Source: Balanoglossus misakiensis
Taxonomy: Eukaryota; Animalia; Hemichordata
DNA length: 64,000 nucleotides
Direction of reading: 5' to 3'
Assembly (NCBI GenBank): GCA_040954595.2
Contig: CM082591.2
Span: 520,518-584,517 of the forward strand
Part shown: positions 50,601-64,000 of the stretch, one piece after another
Layout: every line of letters starts with the position of its first letter
Position numbering within the stretch: the first letter of the stretch is position 1
Program-made: the position numbers and the translations under genes
The notes under the pieces: model-generated
Told to the model about the DNA's origin: nothing
What the model saw: only the letters and a program-made list of their open reading frames with translations
Database searches by the model: none

Positions 50601-53430
50601 CTCAGTTCACAGTTTTTTTTTACAATTGCACGTACAAGACATAGAAACTATTAAAGAGCACATTCAAGATATTATTTTGTAATATTTATATTTATAGTTG
50701 TTTGAATTTCCATTCCATTACTTCGCTTTGTTTTCTCGTCGATCAGGCGTTTCTGGAGTATCACATGATGATGTTCGGTCACGGGGATTACTGGATAGGT
50801 TTAAACGATATCGAATACGAAGGCAACTTCGAATTTACGGATCTAACTGGAACTGAACTTGGTCACTGGAACAATTTCCAAGAGGGATATCCTGCTGGAA
50901 ATGCAGAGACTGACGATTGTGTAGGTGAGAGAATGGGGAAGGGAGGGGCAGAGGGGGGGGGCAGGGGGATGAAGGGAGCTAGAGAGGAGAGGAGGGAGTG
51001 GAAACAGACAGACATACAAAGAGAGGGTGTAGGGAAGGAGGAAGAAGAGGCAAGAAGAGAGGGGTATTTCCGTTCGTCTTGTCATTTGCACTTCCACAAG
51101 CATTTAACTCATCTCTTTATTTATATAAACAGAGATAAGGAGCGAATTTGCCTACGAGTGGATCGATGCAAACTGTGGGTCTGCGAACATGTACATTTGT
51201 GAAACGCGAACTCCAGGTATGTCAAGAGTAGAAGTTGTTATTCAATTAGAGTGGGTCTTTGGAGTTTATGAATCCACGTTTATACAGAGCCGGGAGCAAG
51301 CGATAATTTTTAAGTGTTACAACTGTACATATCACATTTTCAGGTGAAAATTCTTGCGGAAATCGCAACGAAGGATTCAGTAACTATGGCAGCTGTTACT
51401 TGCGTCTTGAAGACGTCGGCAAGTGGGATGACGCCGTATGTGAGTGCGCCATCCGCGGTGGGGTGCCAGCCACGATTGGTGACAGTAGAACACAAGTAAG
51501 TAGAGGCACGCGTTTAAAAAAAAATGTGATCATTGTTTTGATCTGTACACTTAGGTTTGTATTTCGGTCTTAGCGGATTGTCATTTATGTTTATGCATAG
51601 ACCCTAGAGAGAGGACAAGAATCTATGGTTTATGTTATCAAGTCATTCACACGTGACCCATTCCTTCTTTGATTTTTTCAGCTTTTCATTTCACGATATG
51701 CTGCCCTGTCTGCCACCGATGAAGATTTCTACTTCGGTCTTAATGATTTATCTGAAGAGGGTAACTACACCTTCTTAGATGGAACACCAATGGATGCTTT
51801 TGAAGCCTTCTGCCATGACGAGCCAAGCAACTTAGAAGATGAAGATTGTTCCAGTGAGTATCTCTTCAGTCTTGCATGGTATACCGTTTCACAAACGTGG
51901 TGCTCATTTGCTGTAACAAATACTTGAATAACATTACTTTAATACAACATATAAAGTCATTAGATGGTGAATACTTTACAAAGTTAAGAAATTGGAAGAA
52001 TGGCAAAATCCGGAATACATAAAGTTGGATGCACACATTCTTCGTCATCCCTCCCTCGCTTCCCCCCAGATCCCTCCCTCCCTCCCACGCTCCCTCCGTG
52101 ACACTCACCCCCACCAACTCTCCACCCCCCTCTTTCTCCCACCCCCTCTCCAATATTTACCACACTATGCTACTGGTAACACCTGCATAATCCACTGACA
52201 TTTCTTTGATGTGAAGTGCTTGTGTTCAAGAAGAATTATTATTGGGAGGACGTCAGCTGTAACACACCGGGCGGAGTCATCTGCGAACTGGGTGAGAAAA
52301 ACTTTTGTCTTTGTAGTCATCAGTGATCAAATTTCCTATAGACAGCGATTTCACGATATGTCATTCTTTCATTTGTTTAATCTTTGATTGTTTACAAATT
52401 GGCCAAATTTGAGTGACTTATGTTGCCTACTTGCGTAATTTAATTGTGACGAGAAAGTGGTCTAACCTTGAGTTTTTTGTGTTTCAGGGCATGAGAGAGA
52501 CACACCCTGTCCGCTTGGTAAGTTATTTTGTTAATTATGTACGATTTAAACTCGTGGGGGTAGATGTGACAAACTATCTCAGACAGATAGACATACACAT
52601 GGCCCTCAAATTGACTGACAGAATGACAGACAGTGGAATAAGTAATTGCAGTTTGTGATTGGCATGCCAATTTTTATCAAAACTTACCTATAGAATTAAA
52701 CTATTATTTCTTTGTGTAGGTTGGACCGAATTCAACGGAATGTGTTTTCTGTATGTTGATTCTCCCAAGACGTATGCTGATGCCACTGCCTACTGCCAGA
52801 TTATGTAAGTCCTGAAAGATTTGAAAGAATTTTGAATAACAACTACTGCTATGCTCTACGGCATTCCACCGTAAAATACGTGTCCGTATGGTTTCATTAT
52901 GTGGTGAAAGTGTTAATAACATTCATAATCCACTGTCTGAGTTCTTGATGTTTGTTTGTTTGTTTGTGTTCTTACAGGGAGGGCGCTTCATTGATGGCGG
53001 TTACAACAAACGGCGAAAGTGAATTTATCTACAATGACTTCGCCTTAAAATATGACACAAACTTGTGGCTTGGTAAGTGTTATCAGTTTTGTTGGAGAGA
53101 GAGGGGTATCCACCTTAAAGTGATTTTCATAACAAAAATATAAGACAATGACAAAAATATGAAACGTAACAAAAATCAGGAGATAACATCTGATTCTACT
53201 AATACTCAAACGACCTATTTTTGACACCAGGTCTTGATGACATCAGCGAAGAAGGGACCTTTGTTTGGCAAGTGGAAGACGAAGACCAAGGTTCACTGAT
53301 GAACTGGTCAAGAAATGAACCGAGTCCTGAAGAAGGAGATGATTGTGCACAACTACTGAAGAACAATGGTCAGTGGAAGGCGATCAACTGTGAAAACACA
53401 TCACGTTTTGTCTGCGAAGTTGGCTTTTAA
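38645..53430 (+). CDS. Secreted CEMIP/TMEM2-family G8 + beta-helix (PbH1) protein fused to 2 TSP1, 1 WSC and 3 C-type lectin domains
   Basis: Signal peptide MDAKFIFAFFLISSVCSLAKA. G8 domain in 38645-38996 and 39197-39369 (FGRKFLGVARGGTLRLHGKDKLSWTKL). Family motifs GDTVVIASTDY, DERGEVALLTRNI, DTFGGH, GVEFKNMGQQ, SIHHSYSRC, GHCYFL, SAFWIAHPQN. Phase-matched short exons (47233-47256, 47574-47630, 47896-47953, 48315-48341) lead without a stop into TSP1x2 (48508-48849), WSC (49657-49983) and three CTLDs ending in TAA at 53430. Confidence 0.82.
39810..39825 (-). other. Replication-dependent histone 3' stem-loop with downstream element
   Basis: The minus strand reads AAAAC-GGCCCTTTTCAGGGCC-ACCACA, then a purine-rich CAAAAGAG HDE-like element, starting 27 nt after the H1 stop. 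Confidence 0.95.
39853..40404 (-). CDS. Histone H1 (183 aa), intronless, B4/H1.8-like globular domain, nested in intron 2 (39370-41104) of the G8 gene
   Basis: MAESAPAKKAKAAPTHPKTIDMVVEAIKTLKDTKGSSVQAIKAYILSHYPTV...GLESGVLVRPKGSTATGATGRLRVGK followed by a K/A/P-rich tail with SPKK/TPKK motifs. The true start is the ATG at 40404, not the longer ORF call. Confidence 0.95.
   Translation of the reverse strand: MAESAPAKKAKAAPTHPKTIDMVVEAIKTLKDTKGSSVQAIKAYILSHYPTVSATHLPASLRKTLKSGLESGVLVRPKGSTATGATGRLRVGKLPEKPKKKPAKKPKASPKKKPAKKPKAKKPKKADKAKTPKKAAPKKAATKKKTPKKADKKPKKPVKKATTKKTPKKASKPKKPVAKKAKK
46930..47000. repeat. (TGTAA)n/(TGTGA)n pentanucleotide microsatellite
   Basis: tgtaatgtattgtaatgtaatgtaatgctatgtgatgtgatgtgatgtgatgtgat... 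Confidence 0.85.
47111..47170. repeat. Three 20-bp tandem units each carrying a CRE-type palindrome
   Basis: TGACGTCA at 47115 and 47135, CGACGTCA at 47155, each followed by TGC. Confidence 0.8.
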
Positions 53431-54540
53431 AATCATTGTACTGTTAACAACGTCATATCGGATCTGTTGCTCACGAGAATCTCGCGCCATTTTCATTTCG
53501 GTTTGAAATGGCTATTGAGTGTGTTGTTTCGACATAAAAGTTTGTCGTTTTACTTATCGATCTAAATTTTAGTTAAATGTTTTATCAAATGTTTTTAGTA
53601 GTCTTTCGTCTTGTCCTGTATATTTATTAAATTCCAGAAATAAATAGGTAATAGGTATGCATCATAAACAGTCTTCTTTTGTTGTTATGTAACGGATCAC
53701 TTACATCGGCGATCGGAATTTCATTAACGCGTTCTTAAAAATATTCTAGTGACCTCGACCGTAGCACTTTCATTGTCATTATGGAGACGACAACGATGAT
53801 GATGATAGTTGCTGTGTACGACACACTAGCTGTAGATTCAGGGCAGATTTTCTTGCAAGAGACCTGCAATGCAACGCCACCCACCTGGGTAGAATCACGG
53901 TACGAACATTTTAATCTCAGTGCCCGTGAAATGTGTATATTTGGCAAAGAAATACAATTTCTTCCTGAATGGTGACTTTTTTTATTGGTCTTGATTTATG
54001 AAGGCACGACATACAATATTGATTCAGTAACAATTGAAACAAATTAAACGACGAAGTGAAAAAACGTACAGTTAGCAGAAAATCTGCCAGATGCACATTC
54101 ATTATTCATTCAGTCGACGTTAGAGCTCATAATTTTCAACCGACCACGCAGCGTATTCGAAAATATCGGATTTCATTATACCACTTAATGACACAATGGC
54201 GCTCTGTTTAAGGATGACGTTCAAACACTGTATGGAACTCGTACATATTTATTCAAACTCCACACAATAATGGAGTGTGATGGAAACAAAAGTGGCAATA
54301 AAATAACATCCCCACGACTTCTACAACAGTGTAATTTACTTTCCCCACTGTATGTGACAACCTCGGCGCTTCTTTGATATTTGCAGGTGGTATCTTCCCG
54401 AGAGTGTGTTTCAATAGAACATTGCTGACATTGTTAAACGTGGAATAGTTATTTAAATGACGGGCTCATATAACTTGAATGTTCAATTTGATCCTTGTTC
54501 ATTCTATCGTGGCCACTAAGCCGTGCAGGCACCATCTGAA

Positions 54541-57500
54541 ATGGAGTACCGTTTTCTAGTTTTGTGCTCTCTGTTGTGGATAGTTTGTATGACAGGTAAG
54601 TCTCACCGATTACTTGTGGCAAACTAGTGAAACTTCATTTTATAACACGATCCTGAAAATAGATGACCGTTAACAGTGTTTCGGTATTCTGAACGTCAGG
54701 TGTATTTTCCTGTTCTGCTTCCTATCGCATCTTCGTTTCACAACCACACCTGGCCTGGCTACTAAACTACCAGTGAGAGAATACAAACTTTATTTTTCGA
54801 AAAATCAGAAGCTCGTTTTTGTCAATCCAAGGTCGTTTATGAACTGACTGTCTCTGGTGAAAAGGTGTTGATTTAAAAAAAAAATATTTAGATGAGGTTT
54901 TTATTGATCAGCTTACACACTTGGGCTCTGGTTTGTGTTTTGTAGACGCTGCTGATGCGGATGTAGATGGATGGGGTGAGTGGAGTGATTGGACTGTGTG
55001 CTCTGCCGAGTGTGATGGGGGTACCGCCAGTCGTTCGCGATCTTGTGTCAGTCCGCCAGTCGAAGTGGGATATTGTCAAGGCGACGGCATAGAGACGACA
55101 CAGTGCAACAGTCATCCTTGCTATTTTGGTACGAGTTTTGTTTTTACTTCTTTCAGCGCCTTTTACTATGAAGCAGGGTGTCGACTAAGAGCAACATCCT
55201 GCCCACAAACCAACGATAACATTTTCTATGTTCACGCTCACATTCGGCCACATGTGGTGACAAGGATAATTAAAACACGCACTTGACAAACGAAACTAAT
55301 TGCCTTTGACCTTAAACTCCCTCTTCTAAACAACCATTCATAAATGCGAAAATGTGATGAAACCTTGATGATTTGAAAACACTCCCAGACTATCAAAGCT
55401 TTCAAACAACATCCACGTTCGTGTCTTCATGAACGGTTTTGAAGGGTCGTGCAATCACTCTGGCATTGAGAGCCGTCAATGTGTGAACTACTGTAACAAA
55501 CACATGGACTAACAAACCTCGTATTCTTGTATTTTTCAGAGCAAGGCAAAGGAGATGACATATATGAGGGATGTTTCCTGGATACGTACAGCCGAGATCT
55601 GCCTTACGAACAAACTCATCTGGTGTCTAGTGAGTTGACCCGTGAAGACTGTATCGCCAGTTGTCTGCAGGCGGATTTCATCTATGCCGCTTTACAGAGC
55701 GGATCAAAGTGTTTCTGTGGTAACACCTTCGGGCGTCATGGTATGGTACAGGAGGCCGAGTGTGACAAGACATGTGCAGGAAACAATGCTCCCCTCTGCG
55801 GGGGGTCGTTGAGGAATTCCATCTTTGCCACTGGGAAAAGTGAGTATATACACAATCATGTGCGCGTGTATGTATGTGTGTACGAGTGTCTGTGTGTGTC
55901 TGTGCAGGTCTACAGCGTAAAATCATTTGCCCCTTGCTATACAGATCCACCGAAATCCTACACTTGTGCTGGTGGTGAAGGCGAGCAGGTTGGGAGCATG
56001 TGTTACATATTCAGAACAACAGCCGTCGATTGGGTGGAAGCACAACAACAATGCGTCATCGCTGGTGGAAATCTGGTGACAGATGTTGATAAAGATCTGC
56101 AGGTATTTATTCTCCATCTCGCTCACCCTCTGCCCATAATGCTCTGCTGCACCATCTTTCTTATGTTCCTCTATTTTGCCTGTATACATGTACGTCTAAG
56201 GGGGTGGGGCATAACATGAATGTGTACGGTATCGCCCTCTAGTGTTCTAATTGCGTCATTTCATCTTTCAGACTCTACTCGAGTACAACATCCGCTTCTT
56301 CGGACACACCGACTACTGGATTGGTCTGCACGACATCGAAAATGAAGGCCAGTTCATGTTTACCGATGAGAATGAGACTCCGCTTGGGGCTTGGAATAAT
56401 TTCCAGGAAGGCCAGCCTGACGATCCCAACGGAAATTCTGATTGTGTTGGTAAGCATGCAGTCGTTCGTGTCCGCCATTTTGGGTCACACAATGTATGGT
56501 CTTTTTAGCTGACAGCTATCTACTTGGATGGATCTTTATCAAGTTTACATTATGTTTTTCAGAACTTAAGTCTGCTTGGGGATACCAATGGAATGATGTG
56601 TCGTGTGGCGCTGAGAAAGGATACATCTGCCAGGTCAAAGTTAACGGTAGGCACCCTTGTATTCCAACAATCAAGCAAGCAAGCAAGCAAACAAACAAAC
56701 GTGTAGCCATACTGGCAAAGACTTTATAAAGCTCTGATTAGATACACTTGTGTTAGATGATTAATCGTGTCTCCATCAATTATCTGATTTACATGTTCAT
56801 GTGTTTTTTTGTGACTGTTAGGTGATATACCGTGTGGGAAGAACGCAGATGGTGTCAGCTTTGATGCTAAATGTTTTGTCTTCGTTGAGAAGCTTGCTAA
56901 ATGGGAAGACGCCCTCTTTGACTGCAATGTACGGGGAGGCACCTTGGCCAGTATCAAAGACTCTCTGACACAGGTACAGTTCCACACTCAAGTTTTTCCA
57001 GTGTGTCATCATTCACAGTCTTGCATATTACTGAGTTCAAAAGATTATTAACACAACATCTTTCACCCAGAGATAGTGATGGTCTGAATCAATTTGAAAT
57101 TTGGTGGTGGAGAACTTTGGAGCAAAAGAATATCTCTGACAGAGAAACAGCTGGCACGAAAATTGAAATACCTAAAATTGTTGACTTTTCAGGTTTTCAT
57201 GATGCGAACGGCCCTGAAAACTGGCTCGAAGACTGGGTGGTTCTTTGGACTGAATGATATTGAAGTAGAGGGCCAGTATACTTTCACTGATGGCAGTCAG
57301 CTGACTGAATCTTCCTTCTCAAAATATTCAGATGGTCAACCAGATGATGATATACAAACCTCGGATAATGATTGTACAGGTAAAGTTGAAAGAGAGGGAC
57401 AGGGAGGGAGGGACAGGGGAGACAGACAAAGAGGCTGAGCCCTGTCTAATGTTTACAACTTCCCTATTGGCCAAGAGACATTTGCAAGCATCATGAATTG

Positions 57501-58807
57501 TCACACTAAAAATTAATTACAAATTCTTGTTCATATTTTAGTCTTATCATATGAAAACAACTGTTTCTGGGATGATGTCAGTTGCAACAAAGCCCACAAC
57601 TACATCTGTGAAATTGGTGAGTAAACAGATATGAGCTAATTAGGTTTTAGTTAGCAAGAACTGTCTTCTTTGTAACTACATGTACATTTATCAGACAAAT
57701 ACTCCCAAATGAATCAGTCATTAAGAGTTTTCAATTTTGAGTATTAAGACATTAACTTTAATAACTCTTTGATTGTTGTCTTCAAACCAAAACAGGTCCT
57801 GCGCCAGGTAGTCTGTGTCCACACGGTAAGTCATTTTGAAATGTTCTCCTCCTCAAACTGAACTCATTCCCATGACGTGTTCATAGGCTAGGTCAGAGGT
57901 CAAGATTAATCATGTGTTTTTCCTTGGTTTCTCTGTCTTATAAAGGATGGACTGAATTCGAAGGACACTGCTATTTGTATTACGGCAAGGGTGTCGATTT
58001 TGCTACCTCTGTAGGCCGCTGTAATCAAACGTAAGTATATGTACCGCCTTGTATCTCATGAACAATGTACAGATGACCGCCATCTTGGATACATTTTGAA
58101 GCAATATTATTCCTCTATACACATGTACTCCATTGACAATCTACCTACCCATAGCACTACTGTAGTGCTATGGGTAGGTAGATTGCCACTACAACAGTGC
58201 TGGTGATTATTCCATGTGGATCCCTTTCTGTAGACAGACAGTGGTCAGGGGATATTTGTGCTTTTGGTGGTTTTTATATACTAAGTATTGTTTTGTGTAT
58301 TACAGTGGTGAAGAATATATATTGAAGATTGAGAGTCAAGCCGAAGCTGACTTCATAGTAAATCAGTTTGTCATCCCGAATGATGTCAATGTATGGCTTG
58401 GTGAGTGTTCATTTTTATTTTTCCTTAATAAGGGGTGGTAGCTGTAGATGGGAAATATTAAAAAGCAGTTTTCACATAACATATAGTTGAGAAAGTAAAA
58501 CTAGAATAAAATGAATTTGCGTATCTTGGCTTGAATAAAGTAAAACTGTATGTAGTGTAGTTTGAAAACAATTACACTCATATTACATTGATTATGATAC
58601 CCGAAAGGATTAACTGATGAAGAGATCGAAGGACAATTCAAATGGTCTGATGGCTCAGGCGTGGAGTACACTGATTGGGACACCAACGATCCAAACGATG
58701 TTGACGGCACACAGAACTGTGTCTATGTCTCCAAATCGAGTCACAAGTGGAAGGACAGTGAATGTGGATTGAGTTACATCAGAATGGTTTGCGAAATGGC
58801 GCCCTAA
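54541..58807 (+). CDS. Secreted multidomain lectin: signal peptide-TSP1-WSC-3 x C-type lectin
   Basis: Signal exon 54541-54595 (MEYRFLVLCSLLWIVCMT), TSP1 54946-55128 (WGEWSDWTVCSAECDGG), WSC 55540-55839 (YEGCFLD...CFCGN...CGGSLRNSIF), three split CTLDs with WIGL/FFGL/WLGL and QPD, QPD, DPN motifs. TAA at 58805-58807; AATAAA at 59036-59041. Confidence 0.85.
58137..58185. repeat. Perfect inverted repeat, 24-bp arms with a 1-nt spacer (intronic)
   Basis: caatctacctacccatagcactac-t-gtagtgctatgggtaggtagattg. Confidence 0.95.
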
Positions 58808-59488
58808 GTGTCTGCAAGCGACATGTTATAACCGACTCTGATTCATCTCCCCCAAATGCCTACTACAAGTTTAATGTGATATACATAAATCTTTTGGCTC
58901 ATTCAAAACAAGCATCACTTTAGCCAATATGCACCGAACGTGCATAAAGTGTGCTTAATACTTCTGTCTGTGTTTTGCTATTGTGCTGCACATGTGTATA
59001 TGTACAGTGCACTTTATCAAAGCGCGTCTTTCGGGAATAAATAATCTTCAAACTTTGTGTGGTTCTTTTAATTGGTTATTCAATAGACAATAGCATACAA
59101 TAGGAGAACAAACAAATGTAAATACATGAGATGCTTGTATGTGATTTCTACAAAATTTGTCTGTACTACATGGTTTATATTTGGTGGAACGTTTTTGATT
59201 TCCTGAGCTGCCATTGCCCACTCTTGCAAGGTATTTGCTTGATTTCTTATTGTTCAGTATCAGACAGTGTTTTGGACAGGTCAGGGTGTAAATTGTAGGA
59301 CCATTTGGCTTGTGTTAGCTACTAAGATTGTTCCCATATGGTAAATGCATGGTGGCTGAGGGTATTATATTATAATGGAAGACAGTCACATGTCAAGCAC
59401 GTGATCAGTAAGATGGCATCTAACTATAACTTTAAGGTGAATGCTTGATAGGGATTGTTTGTTTGTTATGTCTGCAGTATATCCTACA

Positions 59489-62433
<2,945 letters not shown>

Positions 62434-63349
62434 TTTCAGTTAATTCGCAGAGAGTATAACAAATGGTGGGGGTCGTGTAACGCTGGGAACACAGACCTGT
62501 ACGCGGGGCTATACGAATGATTGCTGTTCAATGCACTATAAACAAGGTAATCACAACACAAAGTCCAACGTAACCTTTGAACTTTGTATTTTTACCTGCC
62601 CTAGGCCTACTTACTCCCATTACATGTACTCAGATACGGAGGCAAACCCCCGGGGTATTTCAGACCTTAATAAAAACATTAACATATAGTCTGGCGCTGT
62701 GTCGTCCAATTTGGTCACCCCGTTTCACTCCGGGCCCTTTCGCAAGATTCAAATTGGAGATTAATTGTATGTCTCTGGACGGCAACCCCACAGCAGTTTA
62801 GCTTTAATAAGGTCTATTGGCCCTGCGCACACGAATGACAACCAATAACCAACCAGGCGTTCACGATTTACGTCTATCAACGTTGAGGGGGCATTACGAG
62901 ACAGGTTTCGCCGTCATTTAGGGACCATTATCATCCAATTGTACCCGCTCATTTATAAATTTAGACAGGATCAAATTCATTTAAACACTCCGTCAGGAAA
63001 AGTGAGAAGAAAAACATTAATATTCTGGTCTTAGTATTCGTGGTTGCCTAAAATTTCTTCCCATCAGGAATAAAGTTGGTCGGTATGGAAAAAAGCCAAT
63101 AGTCGTAAAAGTTATGAAACTATATTCAATATTTATTATGCATTTTACAAAACAATATAGAGATACAAAAATATATCAGACTTTTGCAATAAATTCATCA
63201 TACATATCTTGGTAATTTGCTATAACATTTGTGCTTCAAAATTATGTCTTTGTACTGACTGCCGGGTAGCATTTGAATTGGCCCGAAACATTTTTGCATC
63301 CGCTGAGTCTGGAGAATAATGTCACCTGGACAACGATCGTTTACAACTT

Positions 63350-63642
63350 TCACAGTTCTTGACTCTGTCCATCGAACTTCTTGGACTTGCCGGTTTTCTT
63401 CGGGAGAAGTTGGGCGTGTATATTGGGCAGAACTCCGCCTTGAGATATGGTCACTCCTTGTAGAAGATTGTTGAGCTCCTCGTCGTTGCGAACGGCCAGT
63501 TGAATATGTCGTGGCATGATGCGGGCTTTCTTGTTGTCTCGCGCAGCGTTTCCCGCCAATTCCAATATCTCTGCAGTCAAGTATTCCAATACTGCCGCCA
63601 TGTATATGGGCGCACCGGATCCAACACGTTGAGAATAATGTC
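63350..63642 (-). CDS. Last exon of an intron-containing histone H2A variant with an H2AX-type SQEL C-terminus (5' exon outside the window)
   Basis: Acceptor TTTGATAG| at 63643, then [39 protein letters not shown]...[34 protein letters not shown]. No stem-loop seen; minus-strand AATAAA at 63132-63137. Confidence 0.9.
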
Positions 63643-64000
63643 CTATCAAAATAAAAAAAATGTACAAGAATTACGATGGATGTAAAGGCCAATATGCATG
63701 TGTAACGGAGTGGGTTTCTTCACCTTCATATTGGTCTTTACTCAGTAATTCCAGGCCATCTCCCCATTATACAAAGAAAACTTTGAAAACATTAAATGAC
63801 GCATTTAATGTTTCCAGACACAAGGGATATTATTGTAGGGTACACAAAATCTTTCATTATCACCACATTTGAAAGATGACGACATTATCATTCCCCTTTC
63901 TGGTTTGTGTCGATCGTTGAATGCCGTGTCTGCGTTCAACGAACACCAGGCTGGCCACAACGAGTCGCCTTATCTCACCAAAAACAGCCAAAGATATACA

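Noticed and set aside
63914-63942. Short hairpin tcgttgaatgc-N7-gcgttcaacga
   Set aside because: An isolated 11-bp stem with no match to an RNA family I recognise; it is not a histone stem-loop.

Overview
Gene-dense, AT-rich, intron-rich eukaryotic DNA from an invertebrate animal; a marine invertebrate deuterostome is my inference from gene content and cannot be proven here. Manual GT-AG exon assembly supports ten protein-coding genes. In order: (1) an LMNTD1-like gene (-, 3' end off-window) that keeps a complete lamin-length intermediate-filament rod; (2) RASSF7/8 (+); (3) LRRC56 (-); (4) a RING-H2 E3 ligase with SIM-like and UIM-like motifs (-); (5) RNF141 (+); (6) a large secreted CEMIP/TMEM2-type G8 beta-helix protein fused to TSP1x2-WSC-CTLx3 (+); (7) an intronless stem-loop histone H1 with B4/H1.8-like signatures, nested antisense in intron 2 of gene 6; (8) a stand-alone secreted TSP1-WSC-CTLx3 lectin that mirrors the 3' half of gene 6 (+); (9) a CYP4F-like P450 (-); (10) the last exon of an intron-containing H2AX-like histone ending SQEL (-). 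A roughly 90-bp TTAA-flanked MITE family, tandem duplications and a perfect 24-bp-arm palindrome are also present. The most interesting items are the CEMIP-lectin fusion with its free lectin paralog and altered conserved His/Glu residues, the nested H1.8-like stem-loop histone, and the ancient LMNTD-RASSF7/8-LRRC56 microsynteny. All family assignments come from motifs recognised from memory. No database search was run, and exon boundaries are unverified by RNA data.
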